Below are positions 8,324 to 16,342 of a stretch of DNA of 64,000 nt, one piece after another (the stretch's first letter is position 1; every line of letters starts with the position of its first letter). The position numbers were made by a program, and so were the translations under genes. The stretch comes from a virus: IMG/VR virus record IMGVR_UViG_3300020020_000025. One strand, 5' to 3'. The notes under the pieces were generated by a model. That model saw only the letters and a list, made by a program, of their open reading frames with translations, was not told the origin of the DNA and made no database searches.

Positions 8324-10409
8324 AGGCGGTCTTGAGGAGAGTCAACATACCCTGACGGACGAGGAACGTCGCTCTCTTGAAGCCCTCGTTAAGCAGTTAG
8401 AGACTGATCCTAGCGTGGCAGGTTCTGTTCCCGGAGCCCCTGGCCCAAGTGCAGGACAGGTACCTCTCCAGGCCGGCCGCGAGATGCAACCAGCTACTTC
8501 CTCTGAGCCGCTTGATCCCCTAGGTATTCGAGGGGCAGCTGGCAACATGCCAGTTGAGAACATGAGCCCTGGCCGTGCTGCGCTGGCGCGCGCAGTGCAA
8601 GGATGGGGAGAGAGTGGCTCCGCCACCATTGGAGCGGCTCAGCAAGTAGGCAAGGAGTTCGTAGAGGATTTCCCCAAGACCTGGCAAGAGTTTGTCGAGA
8701 AGACACAGAAACCTGAGAACGTCCGTGCAATCCTCAAAGGCAGCATGGGAGCTGCCGGAGGAATGACTATGACCAGCCTAGGTCCTGGCGGCATCATGCT
8801 AGGAACCTATGCAGGGGCCACAGTCGGAGGATATCTAGCCAACGCTTACGAGGACATCATAGGTCATACACGGACTACAGGCGGAGATGCTAACACTGTC
8901 CAACGCCTTATCCAACCTACACTCGATGCCCAGTGGGATGCTGCTGTATCAGGATCAGTGTCGGCCCTACCCTACGCTACACCCGTTATGAAGGGATGGC
9001 TAGCTAGGATGCTCAGTCTGCCTCCCAACTCTCGGCAATTGGTCGAAGAGGCATCATCTCTAGGAGTAAATATTGGCGTAGCTAATGTCGCTAATGGAGG
9101 CGTTGGCAAGGGTGCAGTCAATGTCTTCGGCAGGATGCCCCTAATCGGTACATCAGCCCGCAAGGCCTCTGAGCGCCAGGGTAAGGCTATTGTTGAGGCC
9201 TACAATGATATGTTTGGCCAGCTCTCGAACCCAAACGCTACTACTGAGGTTGCAGAAACAGCCCTACTAGCTGCCAGGAATCGATTTGGTGAGTGGTCTA
9301 CTAAGGCCATGGGACGCTATAATCACGCCTTAAAAGTTGGGGAAGAGCAAGGAGCAGTGCTCTCGACGGACAAGGTGTTGAAGGCCACTGGTCAGGCGCT
9401 GCATGAGATGAGCACCAAGACTGGAAAGCTGTTAGGCGTTCCTCCTGCAGATATGAAAGTGTTTCTAAATGGAGTTGTTAAGAACCTAGATGACAAGATG
9501 TCCACCATGGACGCTAATAATATATTGATAGATTTGGAACGCCTTATGAGAAAGGCCGACAAATCGCACGGTGTTCATTATAGCAAGCTGGAGCAAGTTC
9601 AGAAGGCCCTTGAAGAAACTCTCAAGGGCTCGGACAATGTAGCAGCCAAGTTGCTAGTGAAAGCCCGATCAAACTTCCAGGAAGGCATTAAAGAGTTTGA
9701 GACTAGTATCTTCAAGAAGATGGTTGGGCAGGTTGATCGGAATATCTACGCCATCGGCAAGATCAAAAGCGGAACTATAACTGCCGATGATCTAATGGAA
9801 ACTGCTGCAAAAACCCACTCCGCTAGCGCTGTCAGGGAGTTACGGAATGCAGCAGGGGACGACGTCGTTAGAAACGTCGCCAGGGCCCGCTTGGATGATG
9901 CCTGGGTCAAAGCTACGGGGATTGAGCCAGGCACTCTTTTTGTTGGCCAGAAACTGTCCTTTGATGCCAAGCGCTTCACCGAAGCTCTAGGCCTCAACAA
10001 TCCTAATTCTCAGAAATACTTCACTATGAAGGAGATGCTTCGGGGCAGTGGTGTTGATATTGGAGATATTGAAAAGCTGGCGCGAGTAGGACAGGCCGTG
10101 ACTGCCGCGCCTATAGCCGACGCTTCGACATTCATGGCCCGCGCTGCCGTGCTGCGGGGGGCAGGCGGCGTTGCGGAGGCTGTACGAGGGGCGTTAACAA
10201 TGGGAGCAGGTGGTAGGACTGCCCAGAACATTGGCATGGTGCCCGCTATTGCAGGCCTCGTGATGATGCGCTGGGGCATCGGTGCCATGATGAAGCCCGG
10301 TCTCGTCAAGTTGGCGACCACGGCTATGGATGAGGCTATAGAACCAGCTGCCAGGGCAGCCGCACTAACGCAGATGACACTCCTACATCCTAGCCTATTC
10401 AACGAGTAA
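8262..10409 (+). CDS. Large internal virion/ejection protein
   Basis: A/G-rich helical protein; GAGG RBS before ATG 8262 (track start 8211 also possible). Confidence 0.6.
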   Translation: MGGIPIDETLISQPQPQEVLEGGLEESQHTLTDEERRSLEALVKQLETDPSVAGSVPGAPGPSAGQVPLQAGREMQPATSSEPLDPLGIRGAAGNMPVENMSPGRAALARAVQGWGESGSATIGAAQQVGKEFVEDFPKTWQEFVEKTQKPENVRAILKGSMGAAGGMTMTSLGPGGIMLGTYAGATVGGYLANAYEDIIGHTRTTGGDANTVQRLIQPTLDAQWDAAVSGSVSALPYATPVMKGWLARMLSLPPNSRQLVEEASSLGVNIGVANVANGGVGKGAVNVFGRMPLIGTSARKASERQGKAIVEAYNDMFGQLSNPNATTEVAETALLAARNRFGEWSTKAMGRYNHALKVGEEQGAVLSTDKVLKATGQALHEMSTKTGKLLGVPPADMKVFLNGVVKNLDDKMSTMDANNILIDLERLMRKADKSHGVHYSKLEQVQKALEETLKGSDNVAAKLLVKARSNFQEGIKEFETSIFKKMVGQVDRNIYAIGKIKSGTITADDLMETAAKTHSASAVRELRNAAGDDVVRNVARARLDDAWVKATGIEPGTLFVGQKLSFDAKRFTEALGLNNPNSQKYFTMKEMLRGSGVDIGDIEKLARVGQAVTAAPIADASTFMARAAVLRGAGGVAEAVRGALTMGAGGRTAQNIGMVPAIAGLVMMRWGIGAMMKPGLVKLATTAMDEAIEPAARAAALTQMTLLHPSLFNE

Positions 10410-10413
10410 TCCA

Positions 10414-11607
10414 ATGGTAATGCGTCGAGTTCAAGCTGGCACTATTCAACAGCGCAAACGAGAGGCGCTGCAGGAGTTCTATAAAAAGCAGGCCGATGAT
10501 ATAGAGGCATATAAGAAAAGTAGGGATTCCAGCACTCAGGCCGAGATATACAGGGAGCACGGTGATCCTGATTTCCGAGTTGGTAAGTGGAGCCAGCCGC
10601 GTCTAAAAGATGTGCTGCCCCAGCGGGAAGAAAAGGAAAACGTAGACAGGTATCCTCGATATGAAGGAGGTGTCCAAGGTATATCTTCCCGCTCCGATGA
10701 TCTTCCTGACTTTAAGGGACCTCGTCCCGAGGGTTACTGGGGCAAAGATAAGTCATGGAGCCAACTAAGCGATCACCAGAAGGCCGCTGCAATGGCCTTG
10801 CTGGAGGCCGGTCTTGACAAGAATGGGAGACCCGATATCGTAGCTGCCAAGAACGCCCTGGGCGCTATGATTAACCGTGCAGACAAAGAGGGCCAGGAGC
10901 TAGGACGCCATGTCAGCGGTAAGATATATCAGCCTACTATTGAGCCTGATCAGTATGCCCGGTTGCAGCATCTTACAAGACTGCCCGCCTTTCGAGACCT
11001 CACCGACATCGCGGAGCAGCGTGCGACCGGCCAAGTAGAGGACTGGGTAGGCGGGGCTACCCATTTTCTAGCTCATCCAAAGGAGATGCTTGCCCTTGAG
11101 GCCAAGGATCCAGCGAAGTATAAGAACTGGGGGCCTCGAGGCAAGAACTGGACGGGCTATGATGAGGCTACAGGGAGATACAAGAATGAGGTCCTGTCGG
11201 ACAGCAGCCACGTCTTCCTGGCTCCTGAGGGTAAGCATAGTGCTTTTGCTGGGCAGCCTTCTGCTTTTGACTATGGTACAACCGCCGAGCTATCCCAGCC
11301 AGATCGCCTCCAGGTTCCATTTCCTGAAGAGCAGCCCTCACCTGCTCCTGCGCCTCAAGTTCCCGAGCTGCCCAAGCTGTCCGAGTTTCTGGCTCAACAA
11401 CAGAGACAAATGCCCCAAGCCCAGCCCAACGATCTGATGGACATTCAATCTAAACCTATCAGTCTGCCAGGGCTTGGAGATGAGCTTCCTGGTCAGGATG
11501 ATAGAGCGTTTGCCATTCTGCCTTCTCAGCAGCGTCGGAGGCCAGGCGGGGGCGCTCCGACGCTACCAGTGCCGCGTAGACCTCCGGGATTTCTTCCGGA
11601 GTTTTAA
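10414..11607 (+). CDS. Virion-associated cell-wall hydrolase (SleB/Hydrolase_2-like)
   Basis: ALLEAG...ALGAMINR...YQP...DWVGGATHF...HVF motif order; last gene of late operon. Confidence 0.55.
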   Translation: MVMRRVQAGTIQQRKREALQEFYKKQADDIEAYKKSRDSSTQAEIYREHGDPDFRVGKWSQPRLKDVLPQREEKENVDRYPRYEGGVQGISSRSDDLPDFKGPRPEGYWGKDKSWSQLSDHQKAAAMALLEAGLDKNGRPDIVAAKNALGAMINRADKEGQELGRHVSGKIYQPTIEPDQYARLQHLTRLPAFRDLTDIAEQRATGQVEDWVGGATHFLAHPKEMLALEAKDPAKYKNWGPRGKNWTGYDEATGRYKNEVLSDSSHVFLAPEGKHSAFAGQPSAFDYGTTAELSQPDRLQVPFPEEQPSPAPAPQVPELPKLSEFLAQQQRQMPQAQPNDLMDIQSKPISLPGLGDELPGQDDRAFAILPSQQRRRPGGGAPTLPVPRRPPGFLPEF

Positions 11608-12427
11608 CGGAGTGCATGTCACCCCATGAGATGCCAACCTTGATATCCACGTTTAGGCGAAAGGTATGTCCACCGTAGTTAAGTTCGGGCCTCATATATT
11701 CTACCATTTGGTGGCAGAAGTGAGTGAGGTCCCCCCAATTGTCAGTGGGATAGAGGGCCATAAGCGAGTCATGGACTTGCGCCCCAAGGTTCATTCGCTG
11801 GAAGGGCTCGGAGGTGTCCTCAAAAGCGGCACACATGGCCTCCAGAACTATGTCCACCACGGTAGATTGCGGTACGAAGGAGTAGGCCTTGTCGAACAAG
11901 TCCGAGCCCCATTCCCCAAGGAGTCTAACCTTGCGGCCGAAGCAGTTGGTAAGCGTGCGGTCGTTTTCCTTCATCGTTTGTCGAGTGGCTTCCCACCACT
12001 TTGGGATGCCAGGATAGGCAACTTCAGTGTAAGCCGCTACAATAGGGGCCGCCTCACTCTCCATGATTTCCCACTCAAGAGCAGCTCGCCTATATTTCAT
12101 GCCATAGTTGAGCCCGTGGTTAGACTTCTTGCCCGACTGACGAATGGACATCGATCGAGGAAGGAAGATTGCATCTTTCTCATGCAATTCAATCAGCTCG
12201 GGCAACTTTTCCCTTCGCAGTTGAGCGATCAGGCCGGGGTCGGTGGCGTTTCCGAGTAGCTTGTGATCGGCTATTACTAGAGGCTCGGGAACGTCTGTGA
12301 TGAGGGCCCCCGTCACTATGTGCGGACTCTTCCCGCTTTCCACCACTTCTATCATGTTCGGGTCGTTCGCTAGATAAGCTACCACTACCCACTCTGCCCC
12401 GGCCAGATCGAACTCTACCAGTATCAT
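11459..12427 (-). CDS. polA: DNA polymerase family A, C-terminal catalytic half (motifs A, B, C)
   Basis: Motif A EFDLAGAEW at the N-terminus; motif B KKSNHGLNYG; motif C QVHDSL; AAGGGG RBS. Confidence 0.9.
   Translation of the reverse strand: MILVEFDLAGAEWVVVAYLANDPNMIEVVESGKSPHIVTGALITDVPEPLVIADHKLLGNATDPGLIAQLRREKLPELIELHEKDAIFLPRSMSIRQSGKKSNHGLNYGMKYRRAALEWEIMESEAAPIVAAYTEVAYPGIPKWWEATRQTMKENDRTLTNCFGRKVRLLGEWGSDLFDKAYSFVPQSTVVDIVLEAMCAAFEDTSEPFQRMNLGAQVHDSLMALYPTDNWGDLTHFCHQMVEYMRPELNYGGHTFRLNVDIKVGISWGDMHSVKTPEEIPEVYAALVASERPRLASDAAEKAEWQTLYHPDQEAHLQALAD
11582..11605 (+). terminator. Intrinsic terminator at end of late operon
   Basis: CTCCGGGA-TTTC-TTCCGGAG then TTTT, overlapping the last codons of 10414-11607. 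Confidence 0.6.
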
Positions 12428-12686
12428 TACAGCCCCTTAGTCTATTGGCCACCAGTTTGGCATATCCCGCTATATCATCCCAGTTGTCAACGTGATCCTG
12501 ACTGCCCGTGGTGATGCGAGATATCTTACTAGCTACCTGGTCCAGGCCCTCCTTCATGTCCTCCGACAGACAATGATATCCGGGAGTACTCCGAATGAGG
12601 AACTTGAGGCCCTGAGCTACAGTGGCATTATCGATAAAGGGGCCGTAGACTTGGCCCCTTTGCTCCAGCAGCTTATCGGTTTCCAT
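12189..12686 (-). CDS. DUF6378-like phage protein with out-of-frame tail overlapping the Pol C-half
   Basis: EQRGQVYG...KISRI...HVDNWDDIAGYA; conserved part ends near 12430. Confidence 0.6.
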   Translation of the reverse strand: METDKLLEQRGQVYGPFIDNATVAQGLKFLIRSTPGYHCLSEDMKEGLDQVASKISRITTGSQDHVDNWDDIAGYAKLVANRLRGCNDTGRVRSGRGRVGSGSLSSERPEHDRSGGKREESAHSDGGPHHRRSRASSNSRSQATRKRHRPRPDRSTAKGKVARAD

Positions 12687-13587
12687 TGGCGTTCTCCACG
12701 TCCAACAGCATTTTTTCTACTGTCTCAGCGTCGAAGGTTCCCGAGGGCTCACCGATGGCTACCCGTTGATAAATCTCAAGAGCTACCAAAGTCTTAGGTC
12801 CAAGGTGACCGTCAACTACCAGGCCAGGCCGATGTCCCAGTAGATTAAGAGTAGCCTGGCCCCAGCGAACCCACTCGTAAGTCCCTGGCTTGACTGCTCC
12901 AATTAGCCCACCTACCCACTGATCTGCCAGTTCCTCATAGGTGCCTCTAAAGGAGTTGACATCGAGATTACTGTCATCCACTCCCTTAATTTTTGGGGCA
13001 TCAGGTCCATGCTGGCCATCAGTGAACTGCCACAGCCAGTAACTGTCCCAGCTAGCCTGAGTATGAGGCTGAGGTCCGTACTGAGCGTGCCACAATCTGC
13101 ATGTGCCAAGATACTGGTCAACTTGGTTGCCCAACTGATCCTTGATAAGATGGCCCGAGTATAGCACGGGCAGCCTACCAGTTTTGGCCTCGAGCAGCTT
13201 AATGAATTGGATAGCATCAGCTGCACTGCATCGCTCGTCCTCATGATCGAGAGCCAGCAATGTACCAGGCTCAGGATCAGCATGTCTCAGGAAATGCTCG
13301 ACTTGGGCCGTAATATCCCCTGGCCTGAAGAAATGATAGGCGCCCCACAACAGGCCTACACTCTTTGCTAGGCTTCGGCGGGATGCATACGTAGGATCGA
13401 CGTAGCTAGAACCTTCAGTGGCCTTGTGGATAATGCCTCTAATACCGCTATAATATATGTCCTGAAAGGACGTTACTGTATTATGGTGGCTCAGATCGAG
13501 CACCATCGGGTTAAGCTTCTCGCCCTTAGGCTGAGCAGGTTCTTTGGTCTTAGATTTGGTCGTGGGCATGTCTACTTTTCCTCTCAT
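12673..13587 (-). CDS. Endolysin: GH25 muramidase plus C-terminal peptidoglycan-binding domain
   Basis: VLDLSHHN, HKATEG, GAYHFF, LDHE (DxE), WQFTD; C-terminal VDGHLGPKT PG-binding motif. Confidence 0.88.
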   Translation of the reverse strand: MRGKVDMPTTKSKTKEPAQPKGEKLNPMVLDLSHHNTVTSFQDIYYSGIRGIIHKATEGSSYVDPTYASRRSLAKSVGLLWGAYHFFRPGDITAQVEHFLRHADPEPGTLLALDHEDERCSAADAIQFIKLLEAKTGRLPVLYSGHLIKDQLGNQVDQYLGTCRLWHAQYGPQPHTQASWDSYWLWQFTDGQHGPDAPKIKGVDDSNLDVNSFRGTYEELADQWVGGLIGAVKPGTYEWVRWGQATLNLLGHRPGLVVDGHLGPKTLVALEIYQRVAIGEPSGTFDAETVEKMLLDVENANGNR

Positions 13588-13717
13588 CCCGTAGATAAGT
13601 CATCAGTTTCCGTCTCTGTCTGTACGTCTTCTCGTAGTTCTTCTCCTGGTTCTTGTACTTTGGCCTCCTTAACTTCGCCAGTAGGCGATCTCGCTCCGTT
13701 CGTATGCGCTTGGGCAT
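13550..13717 (-). CDS. Possible 55-aa basic protein overlapping the acidic tail of the Pol N-half
   Basis: AGAAGGA RBS then ATG CCC AAG; K/R-rich. Confidence 0.35.
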   Translation of the reverse strand: MPKRIRTERDRLLAKLRRPKYKNQEKNYEKTYRQRRKLMTYLRDERKSRHAHDQI

Positions 13718-15362
13718 CTTTCCTTCTCGCCACAATAAAGCCTTTGAACTGAGGATGAAGGTTCTGCAGGTTCATTCCCTTATTGAAGATCGTCTGTGAC
13801 GATGACAGTCGTCCTGTCCATGTTCCTCGAGGATTCCAGCTACATCGAAGCATCATGTCGGGATCAAGCTCGACCTCGAGATATGTCCCTTTGAGCTTTC
13901 GGAGAGATCGAACTTCCTGTGTTAGCTTGGCCTCCTTGGCCCCAGGCCCGCCCTTGCGGACGATCCGAGACATGGCTTTGTCATCAGTGGTGATACCGCC
14001 TCTTGCCTTAGTGTAGGCCTTAAGGCCCAGTGTCTCATAGAAGTACTTGGCGCACTGGGCAGGCGACGAGACGTTGAAATCCCATTCAGCGGCTTCCCGG
14101 AGTTCAGCCTCCTTAGCAGCCAATTCCTGTTCGATTTGGGCCTTCGTAGCCCCGAGGCCTTCCAGATCCACTTCTAGACCACGAGCCGACATATACGTAA
14201 GCGGGCCGGCCAATCTGACGGTTCTGTTGTAAGTGGGCCAATAGCCTCCAGCTGTCATTTCCTCCGATAATACGTCCCACGCTTCTAGCGCTACACATGC
14301 GTCTCGGCCACAGTATCGCTGAAACTGCTCCCACTCGATGTTGGGGTTCTTCCATATCTTGCCATCATCCTTCCAGTAAGGCTCCCGTGTATGCACGCTC
14401 GCGATAAAGTCCAGACCTTTCCTAAAATCAGGATACAGGACGTGCTGGGCAATCATAGGATCGCCAAGTTTGCCCTTCGTGTGGATATGATTCTTGTTAA
14501 ACAGGTATGGTGCATCAAAGCCCACCAGGTTCTGGTTGATCTTCTCGATCTCAGGATCACTCATCAAGGCCGCATAGTTCTGCCATACCCTAATCTCATC
14601 ATCTTCTTCCCAATAGGGCACCGTGCCTGGCCACTGCATATCCCCCACGAGGGGAACAGTCATGGCCTCTTCTTTGTCGCACGAGAGACTAAAGCAGCTA
14701 ATCTGCTCATTAACGACTTCAAGATCAGTCGCTACGCGACCGACCTCTCGGCACTTATGGATATACTGGTAGAAATCGTAGTATGTTGGCCTGACATGCA
14801 GAGTCCGCTTTGGCAACAGCAGTTCGGGACTATCCAGTTCGCCCTGGATCTTCTTCATGTCCCCTATTATCATGTAGCGCCACAAATAGACGCCGTGGAT
14901 TGTTGCTGCTGGATGGATAGTCGGAATGTACTTTTTCTTGACTCGATCGCTCCATAAGGGGCTGCCTCGCCACTTCATGATGGGCTTCTTGTGATCGTCC
15001 ATCAGCAGTTCCATAGCCTGAGTCCCCATGCTCAAGATGGCATTGCACTTCGAGGCCATGATCCGACGTAATGTAGGAACAGCGGCATCCAGGCCATATG
15101 CAGTAAAACCCTTGCTCACTGTCCATACCTGTTCTCCGTCCATAGAGAAATTTCCGGCCTTGTCCTTATCTATGGGCTTAGGCCAGATGTTGAGAATATA
15201 GCAATTGCGCCGTATAAGGCCAGCAGCGTGGAGACAGTCCATAAAAACGTCCCCACTAGGACCAACCAGCGGCCTACCAAGCCGCATCTCGACTCTTGCG
15301 GGAGCCTCCGCCAGGACCAAAAGGGGCGCATTGGGATCGCCTTCTTCAGAAGGAGTTGCCAT
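13584..15362 (-). CDS. polA: DNA polymerase family A, N-terminal half: UDG family 4-like domain, 3'-5' exonuclease, thumb and TGRLSS motif
   Basis: AEAP...GRPLVGPSG...HPAA; ExoI TDLEV, ExoII NLVGFD, ExoIII YCGRDA; TGRLSSS...NLQNL...FIVA. Confidence 0.9.
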   Translation of the reverse strand: MATPSEEGDPNAPLLVLAEAPARVEMRLGRPLVGPSGDVFMDCLHAAGLIRRNCYILNIWPKPIDKDKAGNFSMDGEQVWTVSKGFTAYGLDAAVPTLRRIMASKCNAILSMGTQAMELLMDDHKKPIMKWRGSPLWSDRVKKKYIPTIHPAATIHGVYLWRYMIIGDMKKIQGELDSPELLLPKRTLHVRPTYYDFYQYIHKCREVGRVATDLEVVNEQISCFSLSCDKEEAMTVPLVGDMQWPGTVPYWEEDDEIRVWQNYAALMSDPEIEKINQNLVGFDAPYLFNKNHIHTKGKLGDPMIAQHVLYPDFRKGLDFIASVHTREPYWKDDGKIWKNPNIEWEQFQRYCGRDACVALEAWDVLSEEMTAGGYWPTYNRTVRLAGPLTYMSARGLEVDLEGLGATKAQIEQELAAKEAELREAAEWDFNVSSPAQCAKYFYETLGLKAYTKARGGITTDDKAMSRIVRKGGPGAKEAKLTQEVRSLRKLKGTYLEVELDPDMMLRCSWNPRGTWTGRLSSSQTIFNKGMNLQNLHPQFKGFIVARRKDAQAHTNGARSPTGEVKEAKVQEPGEELREDVQTETETDDLSTG

Positions 15363-15882
15363 CTTCGATTTCCTTTAGAAGGATAGCTATATCTCCAGCT
15401 CCCAACTTGTCCAGAGGAGAGTTAGGTTTTAATATATACTTACCTCGCGAAGATAATGGAATACCATTCGATTGATCTTCTCTAACTTCTTCCATCGATT
15501 CCTCTACAATATTAGCTTTTCCATCATCCCTAAAACCTCGGCTTATCTCGGCTAGATAATATTCATACAAGGGCAAGGTGCCTCGAACGTTGCCATATCT
15601 GTCAGCTAATACTACCATAAAACTATAACCAAAGTCAAGCTCGTCAAGGCGGACATGCAAATTCATATATGCCTCTAATTTCTCGACGCTAAGAGGACTA
15701 GTATCCTCTATCTCAAACACTAGAATATTACCATGCTCATGATCTACATAGTATCCATCTGGAAGATAAGATCCAAACAGATGCTCCATTAAAAGATTTC
15801 CTAGAGTTTTGCGAAAGTTCTTTCTTTCAAGTTTTGGAAACTTGATTTTTAGAGCTTCAAAAGCTCTGGCTTCTAACCTCAC
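15346..15882 (-). CDS. PD-(D/E)XK-like nuclease, AT-rich insertion
   Basis: LPDGYYVD...LVFEIED; four 60-nt lines hand-counted at 32-38% GC versus 62% in an adjacent line. Confidence 0.5.
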   Translation of the reverse strand: MRLEARAFEALKIKFPKLERKNFRKTLGNLLMEHLFGSYLPDGYYVDHEHGNILVFEIEDTSPLSVEKLEAYMNLHVRLDELDFGYSFMVVLADRYGNVRGTLPLYEYYLAEISRGFRDDGKANIVEESMEEVREDQSNGIPLSSRGKYILKPNSPLDKLGAGDIAILLKEIEDGNSF

Positions 15883-16079
15883 TTCTTTTGTCCTCCTTGT
15901 CTGATGCAGCGGATGAGCTCTATGGAGAGCTCGTTTGGAACTTTCTTGGCCATATCCTTCAGCTGGAGCGAAGTCTCCTGACAGGTCCGCATGTCCCTAA
16001 AGTGAATGAGTATGGTCTTCTGCCATATCATCACTGGGACGCCGAACTTCACGACGATATATAGAGTCACAAAGTCCAT
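15879..16079 (-). CDS. Hypothetical protein
   Basis: Start reassigned to ATG 16079 (TAATG overlap); coupled to downstream gene. Confidence 0.55.
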   Translation of the reverse strand: MDFVTLYIVVKFGVPVMIWQKTILIHFRDMRTCQETSLQLKDMAKKVPNELSIELIRCIRQGGQKK

Positions 16080-16342
16080 TACTCTGCGGTCCTTAAGGTG
16101 TGCGACATAGCGCCCATCTTGCATCGGGTGCAGAAGCGCTCGCCGCCGTTCTCTATCTCCCGCCAGCCCTCCCAATTGTGTTCGCAGGGACCCTCTGGAC
16201 AGGCGCAGTAACAGGCATTCCAATCGAAGTTGTGATGGAGAACGCCCTTGATGTTCATTTTCTTGGCAACCTCTTCCAGTTCTTCACGAACCTTGATGTT
16301 GCGTTCCTTGCGAAGGGCTTCAAAGTCAGGTTTTCCGGCCAT
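16079..16342 (-). CDS. Small Cys-rich (Zn-binding) protein
   Basis: CYCAC..GPCEH and CTRC; AAGGAG RBS. Confidence 0.65.
   Translation of the reverse strand: MAGKPDFEALRKERNIKVREELEEVAKKMNIKGVLHHNFDWNACYCACPEGPCEHNWEGWREIENGGERFCTRCKMGAMSHTLRTAE

Noticed and set aside
12428-13730. Group I intron or split intein joining the polymerase halves
   Set aside because: No group I core elements recognised; the interval is filled with coupled ORFs; the N-half has no Cys/Ser-initiated intein after FIVA and the C-half starts directly at motif A with no His-Asn junction.
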